49,448 nt of DNA from assembly GCA_029776595.1 (NCBI GenBank), contig JAKOSX010000040.1, positions 1 to 49,448 on the forward strand, given 5' to 3'. The DNA comes from Bacillota bacterium. Its GTDB lineage: Bacteria > Bacillota > UBA4882 > UBA8346. The notes under the pieces were generated by a model, which worked only from the letters and a program-made list of their open reading frames with translations, did not search any database and had not been told where the DNA came from. The translations under genes and the position numbers were made by a program. Positions within the stretch are counted from its first letter, which is position 1. Each line of letters opens with the position of its first letter. Positions 8,933 through 17,569 of this stretch are shown one piece after another.

Positions 8933-9084
8933 GATTTTTCTTCCCTGAATTTGGCTGAAATTTTCGATTTACCCCCTTTTTTACCGGGATACCTCGGAAA
9001 TTGCAAAAGAGTTCAACCTGGTGCATTATAGGCAATCAATCTGAACCCACGGCCTGTAATAAAAAAGTTGACATACCCACCGTC

Positions 9085-9120
9085 AAAAAATGAGAGCCTA
9101 GCGAGGAACAGTAGGCTCTC
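9085..9120 (-). terminator. Rho-independent terminator after ygiQ
   Basis: 9-bp stem GAGAGCCTA/TAGGCTCTC (9092..9100 and 9112..9120). On the minus strand it is followed by a T-run (plus-strand AAAAAA at 9085..9090). Confidence 0.7.
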
Positions 9121-9125
9121 AGAAT

Positions 9126-11051
9126 TTACTTTTTCCCGTTTCGTTTAAGCGCTTGCAAACCCGGCTTCGCTTCGGCCTTGTTTCCGCCCCTTTTTCCAGG
9201 TTTAACTCCGCCTTTTACTTTTCCGTTTGTTCCCGGGCGGCCCGGCGGACGGATCAGGCACTTGGGCCCATAGCCGATTAAGTCTTCCCGCCCTGCCAGA
9301 GTAAGGGCTTCATAGACCAATTTATAGTTCGACGGTTTTCGGTATTGCAGCAAAGCCCGTTGCATCGCTTTTTCCTTCGGCGACTTGGGCACATACACTT
9401 CTTCCATGGTCCGCGGATCCAGCCCGGTATAAAACATACAGGTGGAAAGACTTCCCGGCGTCGGATAAAAATCTTGGACCTGCTCGGGCGTATATTTGAT
9501 ATCCCTCAGGTATTCCGCCAGTTCAATGGCTGCCGCCAAATCGCTGCCCGGATGACTCGACAACAAATACGGCACCAAATATTGCTCTTTCCCCAATTTC
9601 CGGTTGATCTCGTAAAATTTCCGGACAAACCGGTCATAAACGGCTCGGCTGGGCTTTCCCATCCGTTTTAACACTCGGTCGACCACATGCTCCGGTGCCA
9701 CTTTCAGTTGGCCGCTGACATGATGCTCGCAGAGTTCTTCAAAGAACGTGTCATCTTTGTCGAGCATCAGATAGTCATAACGAATTCCGGACCGAATAAA
9801 AACCTTCTTCACTTCGGGTAATTCCCGCAATTTCCTAAGCAGTTGCAGATATTCGCGGTGATCGACGATGAGGTGCCGGCAGCCACCGTTGTCCATGCAT
9901 TGTTTATCCTTACAGGCCCCGTGCTTGGCCTGTATCATGCAGGACGGATTACGGAAGTTGGCCGTGGGGCCGCCGACGTCATGGATATATCCTTTGAAGT
10001 TGTCCATCCAGACCAACTTCTTCGCTTCAGCCAGGATCGAAGCTTGGCTCCGTTTTTGAATGATCCGGCCCTGATGGAAAGTGAGCGCACAAAACGCGCA
10101 TCCGCCGAAACACCCCCGATGGCTGGTAATGCTGAATTCCACTTCCCGGATGGCCGGGACGCCGCCCTCCGTCTCGTAGACCGGATGATAGGTCCGCTGA
10201 TATGGCAACGCGTAAACTCGGTCCATCTCCTCCACGGTCAGCGGCAAAGCCGGAGGATTCTGGACAAGATAACGGTTGCCGTGGGGTTGCACCAAAATTT
10301 TTCCCCGTATGGGGTCCTGCTCATCATATTGGATTTTAAAAGCGTCGGCATAGCGCCGTTTATCCGATTGTACCTCTTCAAAGGACGGCACCATCACTAT
10401 TTTGGCGCTTTTCTCCAGGTCCGTCAGATCATCCGTCAAATAACACGTACCCCGGACATCCCGGATTTCCCGGATCGTTTCGCCCCGGGCCAAACGAGCG
10501 GCCACCTCCAGGATGGGTTTTTCCCCCATACCGTAGATTAACAGATCCGCTTTGGAATCCACCAAAACCGAGCGGCGCACCGTATCGCTCCAATAATCAT
10601 AATGGGCAAACCGCCGCAAACTGGCTTCAATTCCGCCTAAAATGATGGGAATGTCCTTAAACGCCTCCCGGACCCGATTGGCATAAACGATGAGCGCCCT
10701 GTCCGGCCGCATCCCCGCTTTTCCGCCGGGAGCGTATACGTCTTCACTGCGTGGCTTCTTACTGGCAGTATAATGATTCACCATGCTGTCGATAACCCCG
10801 GATGAGACCAACACGGCATATCTGGGCCTGCCCAGCGCCTCAAAGTCACGGGTACTCCGCCAGTCGGGCAAAGCCACAATGCCCACCCGGTAGCCTTCGC
10901 TTTCCAACAACCGGGAGATGATGGCCGTCCCAAAACTGGGATGATCCACATAAGCATCGCCGCTGACCAGCAAAAAGTCCAGCCGGTCCCAGCCCCGCTC
11001 CGCCATATCCGCCCGGGAAATGGGTAAAAATTGCGTGTGATGTTTCATCAT
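9126..11051 (-). CDS. ygiQ: YgiQ-family (UPF0313) radical SAM protein
   Basis: 641 aa. N-terminal [34 protein letters not shown] is typical of YgiQ. Radical-SAM cluster CFGGCAFC. Lys/Gly-rich C-terminal tail. Confidence 0.85.
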   Translation of the reverse strand: MMKHHTQFLPISRADMAERGWDRLDFLLVSGDAYVDHPSFGTAIISRLLESEGYRVGIVALPDWRSTRDFEALGRPRYAVLVSSGVIDSMVNHYTASKKPRSEDVYAPGGKAGMRPDRALIVYANRVREAFKDIPIILGGIEASLRRFAHYDYWSDTVRRSVLVDSKADLLIYGMGEKPILEVAARLARGETIREIRDVRGTCYLTDDLTDLEKSAKIVMVPSFEEVQSDKRRYADAFKIQYDEQDPIRGKILVQPHGNRYLVQNPPALPLTVEEMDRVYALPYQRTYHPVYETEGGVPAIREVEFSITSHRGCFGGCAFCALTFHQGRIIQKRSQASILAEAKKLVWMDNFKGYIHDVGGPTANFRNPSCMIQAKHGACKDKQCMDNGGCRHLIVDHREYLQLLRKLRELPEVKKVFIRSGIRYDYLMLDKDDTFFEELCEHHVSGQLKVAPEHVVDRVLKRMGKPSRAVYDRFVRKFYEINRKLGKEQYLVPYLLSSHPGSDLAAAIELAEYLRDIKYTPEQVQDFYPTPGSLSTCMFYTGLDPRTMEEVYVPKSPKEKAMQRALLQYRKPSNYKLVYEALTLAGREDLIGYGPKCLIRPPGRPGTNGKVKGGVKPGKRGGNKAEAKPGLQALKRNGKK

Positions 11052-11125
11052 AGGGCTATTTTACCCTGACCGGGCCGAAGTTACAAGCCATAAATCAGTT
11101 TACAGCTTCAACTGCTTTTTTCGAT

Positions 11126-11656
11126 TCATTCCGTCATAATATCCAGACTCCCAAAGACCACATCCGTATCCAGGAGCAGATAGGGTTTGCTCTCGTCCAG
11201 GCCGGGCGATTGCCAGGAAGCTTCGCCGAATGAGATCTGGTTTCCGTTGGGCAGATTGGCCCCGGCAAAAGCCGCATCCACGGTGAGTTTCACAGGAGTG
11301 CCGGGCTTTATTTTGATGACGGCAGACCCAAAAACGACATTGACCTGAACCCGGGTGACTCCTTGACTCGCTTCCGGCTCAGCCAATTCGATTACCCCGC
11401 TGCCGAAGATAATATCGTATTTCCCGCTTCCTCCCGCCTGGATCCGGGATTCATCAAACACGATGGAACGCTGTCCTTCTTTTCGGGTAAAATGCCCCAT
11501 CAGCATCGAAATTCCCATGTAAATTAATAAAAACGAAATAAACAACCGCAGAAAAGGAATATGTATCCCGAAGACAACCTTAATAATCATCACCAAACCC
11601 AAAAGCACTAAGAAAATCCCCCAGAACATCTGCGTAAACAAAAATCCCATTCGCAT
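11126..11656 (-). CDS. LiaF-like (DUF2154-type) membrane protein
   Basis: 176 aa. Two or three N-terminal TM helices are followed by a beta-rich repeat region (DIIFGSGVIEL, VNVVFGSAVIKI, DTDVVFGSLDI) resembling LiaF/YvqF C-terminal domains. GGAGGTG RBS. Confidence 0.5.
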   Translation of the reverse strand: MRMGFLFTQMFWGIFLVLLGLVMIIKVVFGIHIPFLRLFISFLLIYMGISMLMGHFTRKEGQRSIVFDESRIQAGGSGKYDIIFGSGVIELAEPEASQGVTRVQVNVVFGSAVIKIKPGTPVKLTVDAAFAGANLPNGNQISFGEASWQSPGLDESKPYLLLDTDVVFGSLDIMTE

Positions 11657-11728
11657 CAGACACCTCCGCCAGAACTCTTTTCATTTAAGTATATCGTACC
11701 CGGTTGGCAAATACTACTAATTATTTTG

Positions 11729-11761
11729 GAAAAAATAAAAGGCAGCCCACAGGCTGCCTTT
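11729..11761 (-). terminator. Rho-independent terminator after the beta-barrel-like gene
   Basis: 10-bp stem AAAGGCAGCC/GGCTGCCTTT with a 4-nt loop (11738..11761). A T-run follows on the minus strand. Confidence 0.75.
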
Positions 11762-11777
11762 GATGAGAGCATATCAT

Positions 11778-12572
11778 TTAAAACGTGTATTGAAGGGTCA
11801 ACTGGTTGAAGTCTGCAGAATCCGTTTGGAATTCCGCGCTGATGTTCTTGGTTACGTTGTAACCGACTTTGGCTGCCCAATCTTCGCTATCCACGTTATA
11901 TTCACCGCGGACGCTGAATTTCTCTTGGGTGTAAGCAGCACCGATTAACGCTTGTTCCTCAGAAGAATTTACCGGGTTGCCATATTCACCGTAAATGGTC
12001 ACGGAGTCAATGGGCTTAGCTTCAACCTGCCATACCAACGCTGCGTCACCGCCGGTTTTCAGATCCTGATAGTTCACGCCAACGGTAACCATGGGAGTAA
12101 TGTTGTAATCCAGCTCGATTTGGTAAGCACCGTTATCCGCTACCACTTGGCCCATTCCGTCAAGGGTTTCATACGGCTGAACGCCGATTTCCAGATTGAT
12201 CTTCTCGCCCAAGTTCGGAGAGATATTAACCGCCAACGGAGCCTTCATCTCATGGAAGTTGGCGCCGTCCATCATATCCATAACGCTCGGGTTGTTTCCA
12301 AATTGCCCTACCTGAACGCTGAATAAATCGTTTTTATACGTTAAGCTGGCTTCGTCAACCTGTAACAAATCCACAAAATCGGAGTTCAAGGTCACATTGT
12401 AATCGATATTGGTATCCAATTTACCGTCCAAGCTGATCTCGGTTTCGAGCACATTGGTATGCTCCGTGATTTTGTATTCCACTTCACCGGAAACAACAGG
12501 GGCTGCAGATACGGCGATTGCTGTAGAGAATACCATGGTTAAGGTGAGAATGGGTGCGATGATTTTCTTCAT
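11778..12572 (-). CDS. Secreted protein with outer-membrane beta-barrel (porin-like) sequence features
   Basis: 264 aa. Sec signal peptide MKKIIAPILTLTMVFSTAIAVSA|AP. The rest shows repeated amphipathic alternating-residue strands (MVTVGVNYQDL, AALVWQVEAKP, SVTIYGEYGN, KFSVRGEYNV, AAKVGYNVT). The C-terminus is LTLQYTF (aromatic-x-Phe terminal signature). AGGAGG RBS. Confidence 0.5.
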   Translation of the reverse strand: MKKIIAPILTLTMVFSTAIAVSAAPVVSGEVEYKITEHTNVLETEISLDGKLDTNIDYNVTLNSDFVDLLQVDEASLTYKNDLFSVQVGQFGNNPSVMDMMDGANFHEMKAPLAVNISPNLGEKINLEIGVQPYETLDGMGQVVADNGAYQIELDYNITPMVTVGVNYQDLKTGGDAALVWQVEAKPIDSVTIYGEYGNPVNSSEEQALIGAAYTQEKFSVRGEYNVDSEDWAAKVGYNVTKNISAEFQTDSADFNQLTLQYTF

Positions 12573-12705
12573 TGTTTTGCCTCCTAGAAATTTGTTTTGA
12601 TGAAATGCTGCGATTCGAAACCATGTTACAACGACATCGGTACCTTGTTCCTTTTTGCGGCCCCTTGGTTGGACCGTATGAAGTTATCAAGGTTCCTTGG
12701 TTGTA

Positions 12706-12734
12706 ATTCTACACTTTAGCTGCGGAAATGTGAA
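12706..12734 (-). promoter_or_regulatory. Candidate sigma-A promoter for the beta-barrel-like gene
   Basis: Minus strand: -35 TTCACA (12734..12729), 17-nt spacer, -10 TAGAAT (12711..12706). This implies a 5' leader of about 125 nt. Confidence 0.35.
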
Positions 12735-12803
12735 TACGCAAAATATTTCCGGTTAACAACATAATTATGTTGCGCATTTTGGAAAAGGAGGAACGCCCCA
12801 CCA

Positions 12804-12835
12804 TAAAAAATAAGCATTGCCCAAACGGACAATGC
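12804..12835 (-). terminator. Rho-independent terminator after xerC
   Basis: 9-bp stem (one G-U pair) GCATTGTCC/GGGCAATGC on the RNA (12814..12835), followed by TTATTTTTT. Confidence 0.6.
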
Positions 12836-12864
12836 AATGTAAATCAATACGTATCATCCCTTCG

Positions 12865-13767
12865 TTAAGCCCTGGGATGATATTTGGTATAGACGGAACG
12901 AATCCGCTCTTTGGTCAAATGGGTGTAAATCTGCGTACTCGACAGATCCACATGACCCAACAGTTCCTGGACCACCCGGAGGTCGGCGCCGTTTTCCAAC
13001 AAATGGGTGGCAAAGGTATGCCGCAGGGTATGGGGGCTCATTTTCCTGTTGAAAGCCAAACGCTTCAAGTATTTATCGAACATCCGCTGAATGCTTCGGC
13101 CGCTAAGGCGGGTTCCCCGGTAATTTAAAAACACATACTCAGACGGAGCTCCGTTTTTCTCCAACAACACCGGACGGACTTCCGAAAGATAGCGGGCAAT
13201 GGCCCGTTTGGCCGCTCCGCCCAGCGGGACCATGCGCTCTTTGGAACCTTTCCCGAAAACCCGGACATATCCCCGACCCAAGTCAAGATCAGCCAGGGTT
13301 AACCCCTCCACTTCGCTCAGGCGCAGCCCGCTGGAGTAAAACAATTCTAAAATGGCCGCATCGCGAATCCCCAACGGATCGTTCCGATCCGGCAGTTCCA
13401 ACAGGGCATCGACTTCCTCCGGATAAAAGAACCGGGGCAAGCGTTTTTCCCGCTTGGGAGTACTGATGGTGACCATCGGATTATGGTTCAGATACCCCTG
13501 GCGGCAAAGATACTTGAAAAAAGAGCGCAAACAGGAGACTTTCCGAGAGATGGTGGCCTTGGCCCTCTCTTCCCGTTTTAATTCCCCCAGATAACTCCGG
13601 ATATTCGTATAATGAATCTGCGCGATGTCGCCCACTCCGGCGTCGCGGAGAAATTGGAAAAACTGGCTGAGATCCAATCCGTAGCTTTCCAACGTATGCT
13701 CCGAATAGTTCAGGTTTGCACGAAGATGGGTCAAAAACTCATCCGCCAAGTTTTCGAATGAAACCAT
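12865..13767 (-). CDS. xerC: Tyrosine recombinase XerC/CodV type
   Basis: Catalytic region HTLRHTFATHLLENGADLRVVQELLGHVDLSSTQIYTH. The ATG at 13767 has a GGAGGG RBS; the track start at 13779 is a TTG within that RBS. Lies in the conserved dprA-topA-trmFO-xerC neighbourhood. Confidence 0.85.
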   Translation of the reverse strand: MVSFENLADEFLTHLRANLNYSEHTLESYGLDLSQFFQFLRDAGVGDIAQIHYTNIRSYLGELKREERAKATISRKVSCLRSFFKYLCRQGYLNHNPMVTISTPKREKRLPRFFYPEEVDALLELPDRNDPLGIRDAAILELFYSSGLRLSEVEGLTLADLDLGRGYVRVFGKGSKERMVPLGGAAKRAIARYLSEVRPVLLEKNGAPSEYVFLNYRGTRLSGRSIQRMFDKYLKRLAFNRKMSPHTLRHTFATHLLENGADLRVVQELLGHVDLSSTQIYTHLTKERIRSVYTKYHPRA

Positions 13768-13819
13768 GATACCCTCCAAGATTCAGTTAAGCCAGTTGAC
13801 AGCAGACTATGGGCCTTCA

Positions 13820-15433
13820 TCAGACGATACCTAAAACCCCTTGGGCAATATTCACCGAATGGCCGTCGATCCGAAGCAAAAATTCGATGAGGTCCAAATA
13901 GGCGGAACTGGTGGCCATGGTCTTGGGATTCCCGGACTGCATTCGGTCAAAATGATTATACCGGAACGCTTTTTCCAACCGCAAAATCCGGGGATGTTCC
14001 TGGATCACCCGGGTGGCCAAGGCTTTGTCTTCCGTTTCAAAAGCCTGTAACGCCAAGGCGAAATTATTCTGAATCTGCTGAAACATCTGGGTCAACTCTT
14101 CAAAACCTTCCTCCGAAAAATGCAACTCTTCCTGATCCATTTTGGAGACGATCTGCACGATGCCTACCAACACATCACCGATATGCTCCAAGTCATTAGC
14201 CGTATACAATATTTTTATCGTCTGTTGCATCAAATCATCGGTCAGACGGTTGGAACCCAACCCTGCCAAAAAGTTTGCAATTTTCTTATAGAGCGTATCC
14301 ATGGCCTTTTCGGTTTCCCGAATCCGGCCGATGGCTTCCTCATTCAAATACTTGAAAATCGGTAAAACCGGCTGCATCATATTTTCATAAAGGATCTGCC
14401 CCATCTCCACCGTTTGCCGATGGGCCTGATCTACGGCCAATTCCGGGACCTGAAGCAAGTCATCTTTCAACAGCCGGGCTTCGGCCAAATCCGGATATTT
14501 CTCCGGCAAAATCCGCTCCATAAGAGCGGCAACCCGGGGCACCACCGGAAGAAAGCCGATGGCCATCACCAACGAAAACAAGGTATAGGCATTGGCGATC
14601 TGATGATTGATATCACCGGAACTCCATCGGATAACCTCGGTTAACGGCCGGTAAAACGGGAGAAAAAGCACACCGTTAATCAATTTAAAGCCGAAATTGG
14701 CATAAGCCGCTCGTTTGGAATCCAGTCCCGGCGCACCCCAGCTGGAAAGCAAGCCAGTTAACGTAGCTCCCAAATGGGCTCCCAACACAAACGGAATGAT
14801 CGCATACACATCGACCAAACGGTGAGAACCCAAGGTCATCAACAGCGCCAAAAATGCGGTACTACTCTGAAAGACAGCCGTCACTACAATCCCCACCACG
14901 AACTCTAACACCGGATAGTTCCGTAAGGCGATGAGTAGTTGAGATATAGCCGGATTATCCCTCCAAGACTCGGTCGAGGATGACATGACAATCGTTCCGA
15001 AAAAAATCAGCCCCAAGCCAAGGATGGCTTGCCCCAGACTGCGGCGCTTCATCCTCTTGGAAAACATATACAACAACGACCCAACAAATATCAGGATCAA
15101 CGCTAAATCCGCCGTCCGAAACACAATAATCTGGACAGTCAATGAAGCCCCGATGTAAGAACCCAACAACACCTCTAAAGCTTGAGCCAATGGAATCAAA
15201 CCGGCACTGACAAAACCAACGACCAGCGCTGTAGTGGCACTGCTGCTTTGCAGTCCAAATGCAACCAACGTACCAATCCCTAACCCCATCCCGGGGTAAC
15301 GGGTCAAAAGTTTCGTCAGTTGCTTCAGGCGTTGGGTCGTCATTTTCTGCAGGCTTTCAGAGCACATCTGCATCCCAAAGATAAACAGCCCCAATCCCCC
15401 GGCGATACCGATCAATGGTGAAAACCAGTTCAT
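13820..15433 (-). CDS. Na+/phosphate cotransporter family protein with C-terminal PhoU-like domain
   Basis: About 537 aa. Polytopic membrane N-terminal half with duplicated Na/Pi-cotransporter-like repeats (QSSSATTALVVGF, FQSSTAFLALLM). Soluble helical C-terminal half. The ATG at 15433 lies 2 nt after the phoU stop. Confidence 0.8.
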   Translation of the reverse strand: MNWFSPLIGIAGGLGLFIFGMQMCSESLQKMTTQRLKQLTKLLTRYPGMGLGIGTLVAFGLQSSSATTALVVGFVSAGLIPLAQALEVLLGSYIGASLTVQIIVFRTADLALILIFVGSLLYMFSKRMKRRSLGQAILGLGLIFFGTIVMSSSTESWRDNPAISQLLIALRNYPVLEFVVGIVVTAVFQSSTAFLALLMTLGSHRLVDVYAIIPFVLGAHLGATLTGLLSSWGAPGLDSKRAAYANFGFKLINGVLFLPFYRPLTEVIRWSSGDINHQIANAYTLFSLVMAIGFLPVVPRVAALMERILPEKYPDLAEARLLKDDLLQVPELAVDQAHRQTVEMGQILYENMMQPVLPIFKYLNEEAIGRIRETEKAMDTLYKKIANFLAGLGSNRLTDDLMQQTIKILYTANDLEHIGDVLVGIVQIVSKMDQEELHFSEEGFEELTQMFQQIQNNFALALQAFETEDKALATRVIQEHPRILRLEKAFRYNHFDRMQSGNPKTMATSSAYLDLIEFLLRIDGHSVNIAQGVLGIV

Positions 15434-15435
15434 AC

Positions 15436-16113
15436 TCAAGGTTCCACCTTTCGTCTAAAAGAATGCCGTTCCCCGGTTTCGATAAAGATCACCATCTCAG
15501 CGATGTTTACCCCATGATCGGCAATTCGTTCCAGATAGCGGACGGTCAGCAAAACACTGAAGGCTTGGTCTAACGTATCGGGACTATTTTGGACGTAGTG
15601 AGTTAATTCATCATACAAATCAAGATACAGCCGGTCGATCGCCTGGTCATCGGCATCCAACTGCCGGGCCGTATCCAGATTAAGTTCCCGGTAAGACGAC
15701 AAACTTTTCTTGACCACGGCCTGAACCATTTCCGCCATCCGCGGCACATACTCCAGTGGTTTAAACCATTCCTTTTTGGCCTTCAGCCGCAGCGCCGTTT
15801 CGGCAATATCACACGCATAATCGCTGATACGCTCCAATTCGCGGCTGATCCGCATCGCTGCAGCCAACCGCCGCAAATCCTGAACTACCGGTTGCTGAAT
15901 GGATATCAGTTCCAAACAATCGAGCTCAAGCTGACTGTCAGCCTGATCGATAGCATCATCGGCATTGATAACAGTCAGCGCCAAAGCCTCATCCTGTTCA
16001 ACAAAAGATTGCATCGCCAGTTGCAGTTGCCGGCAAACCTGTTCGCCAATAGCCAATACCCGTTCTTTGATGTTGATGATGGCCCGATCATATGCATTCA
16101 TTCGCCCAAACAT
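15436..16113 (-). CDS. phoU: Phosphate signalling complex protein PhoU
   Basis: Two PhoU repeats (RELERISDYACDIAE and RYLERIADHGVNIAE). The ATG at 16113 is 9 nt after GGAGG. The track start TTG 16122 abuts the RBS. Confidence 0.85.
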   Translation of the reverse strand: MFGRMNAYDRAIINIKERVLAIGEQVCRQLQLAMQSFVEQDEALALTVINADDAIDQADSQLELDCLELISIQQPVVQDLRRLAAAMRISRELERISDYACDIAETALRLKAKKEWFKPLEYVPRMAEMVQAVVKKSLSSYRELNLDTARQLDADDQAIDRLYLDLYDELTHYVQNSPDTLDQAFSVLLTVRYLERIADHGVNIAEMVIFIETGERHSFRRKVEP

Positions 16114-16155
16114 CTTTGCCAACCTCCTTTACGCCGCCCTTACGCTGATAATAGT

Positions 16156-16184
16156 ATTTTAAAATATTTGGTAAAATGCCTCAA
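16156..16184 (-). promoter_or_regulatory. Candidate sigma-A promoter of phoU/Na-Pi transporter operon
   Basis: Minus strand: -35 TTGAGG (16184..16179), 17-nt spacer, -10 TAAAAT (16161..16156). Confidence 0.4.
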
Positions 16185-16193
16185 ATACTTTTA

Positions 16194-16228
16194 TAAAAAA
16201 AATCGGAGAATCTCCGGTATTCTCCGAT
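16194..16228 (-). terminator. Rho-independent terminator after trmFO
   Basis: 10-bp stem ATCGGAGAAT/ATTCTCCGAT (16202..16228), followed on the minus strand by eight T. Confidence 0.75.
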
Positions 16229-16255
16229 TTAATGTCCGCCATTCTCCTTTGGGGG

Positions 16256-17569
16256 TCAGTTCTCTTTCAATATGTTCAAGATCGTCTCCAGCCGGGATAA
16301 CGCCCGCTCGGCATAGGCCAAATTCCGCTCTTTCTTGCCCCGGAGTTTCTCTGCCAAAGGCGCAAACAACCCGAAGTTCACATTCATCGGTTGAAAATAC
16401 TTGGGGTCAGCATGGCAAATATACCCGATAAGGGCCCCCAAAGCGGTATCTGTCGGAAATTCCAGCGGCTTTTGGCCTTTCAACATCCGTGCGCAGTTGG
16501 TTCCGGCCAGCCAGCCGGCTGCCGCGGACTCCACGTACCCTTCCACCCCGGTCATCTGACCGGCAAAAAACAGGTCGTCCCGTAGTTTGGTCTGGAGGGT
16601 GGGTTTTAAAACCGTCGGCGCATTGATATAGACGTTACGATGCATGACCCCGTAACGCATAAATTCAGCGTTTTCCAACCCGGGTATCATCCGAAATACC
16701 CGTTTTTGTTCTCCCCACTTCAAATGGGTTTGAAAACCGACCAGATTGTAAAGCCGACCTTCCCGGTCTTCCGGCCGCAGTTGCACCAAAGCATAAGGCC
16801 GCTTGCCGGTCCGCGGATCGATGACGCCCACCGGTTTCATCGTCCCGAAACGCAACGTATCAACGCCCCGTTTGGCCAGCACCTCAACAGGCATGCATCC
16901 TTCGAAAAAGATGGCCCGTTCATCCGGCAAATGGGCTTCGGACACTTCCGCATTGACCAGTTCCTGCCAAAAGGCCAAATACTCTTCTTTGGTCATGGGA
17001 CAGTTGAGATAATCAGCATCTCCCTTGCCATAACGTGAGGCCGCAAAGACAATCTCCCGGTTAATCGAATCGCCGCTGACAATGGGCGCGGCTGCATCGT
17101 AAAAATAGAAATAATCTTTTCCGGTAAACTCCAAAATCCGCCCGGCCAAAGCAGGCGAGGTCAGGGGGCCGGTAGCAATGATCGCCGGCCCGTCCGGAAT
17201 TTCGGTGCATTCCTCACGAACCACTTCCACCAATGGATGGTTGGAAAGCTTCTCCGTGATCATTCCCGCAAATTCGTGGCGGTTCACCGCCAATGCCCCT
17301 CCCGCCGGGACCCGGGTGGCGTCAGCCGCCTCCATCACCAGGGAGCCGAGACGCCGCAATTCCTCTTTTAACAGGCCGACCGCATTTTCCAGAGAAGCTC
17401 CCCGTAACGAATTGCTGCAGACCAGCTCGGCAAAATCGCCGCTCTGATGAGCAGGCGTCATTTTTGCGGGACGCATCTCATACAAGCGTACCGGAATGCC
17501 CTGACACGCCAACTGCCAGACAGCTTCCGATCCGGCCAGGCCGGCACCGATCACTTTCACCGGATTCAC
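16256..17569 (-). CDS. trmFO: Methylenetetrahydrofolate--tRNA-(U54-C5)-methyltransferase TrmFO (Gid)
   Basis: 437 aa. FAD motif [11 protein letters not shown] and a TrmFO-typical body. The GTG start overlaps the topA stop (GTGA). Confidence 0.95.
   Translation of the reverse strand: MNPVKVIGAGLAGSEAVWQLACQGIPVRLYEMRPAKMTPAHQSGDFAELVCSNSLRGASLENAVGLLKEELRRLGSLVMEAADATRVPAGGALAVNRHEFAGMITEKLSNHPLVEVVREECTEIPDGPAIIATGPLTSPALAGRILEFTGKDYFYFYDAAAPIVSGDSINREIVFAASRYGKGDADYLNCPMTKEEYLAFWQELVNAEVSEAHLPDERAIFFEGCMPVEVLAKRGVDTLRFGTMKPVGVIDPRTGKRPYALVQLRPEDREGRLYNLVGFQTHLKWGEQKRVFRMIPGLENAEFMRYGVMHRNVYINAPTVLKPTLQTKLRDDLFFAGQMTGVEGYVESAAAGWLAGTNCARMLKGQKPLEFPTDTALGALIGYICHADPKYFQPMNVNFGLFAPLAEKLRGKKERNLAYAERALSRLETILNILKEN

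Noticed and set aside
11656-11880. 74-aa minus-strand ORF between the OMP-like and LiaF-like genes
   Set aside because: It overlaps the 3' end of the OMP-like gene and spans its Rho-independent terminator (11729..11761). It has no RBS.
12865-13767. Tyrosine recombinase as a marker of an integrated mobile element
   Set aside because: It sits in the conserved topA-trmFO-xerC housekeeping neighbourhood and has XerC/CodV-type length and motifs. I found no flanking direct repeats, tRNA gene, or phage or conjugation genes.
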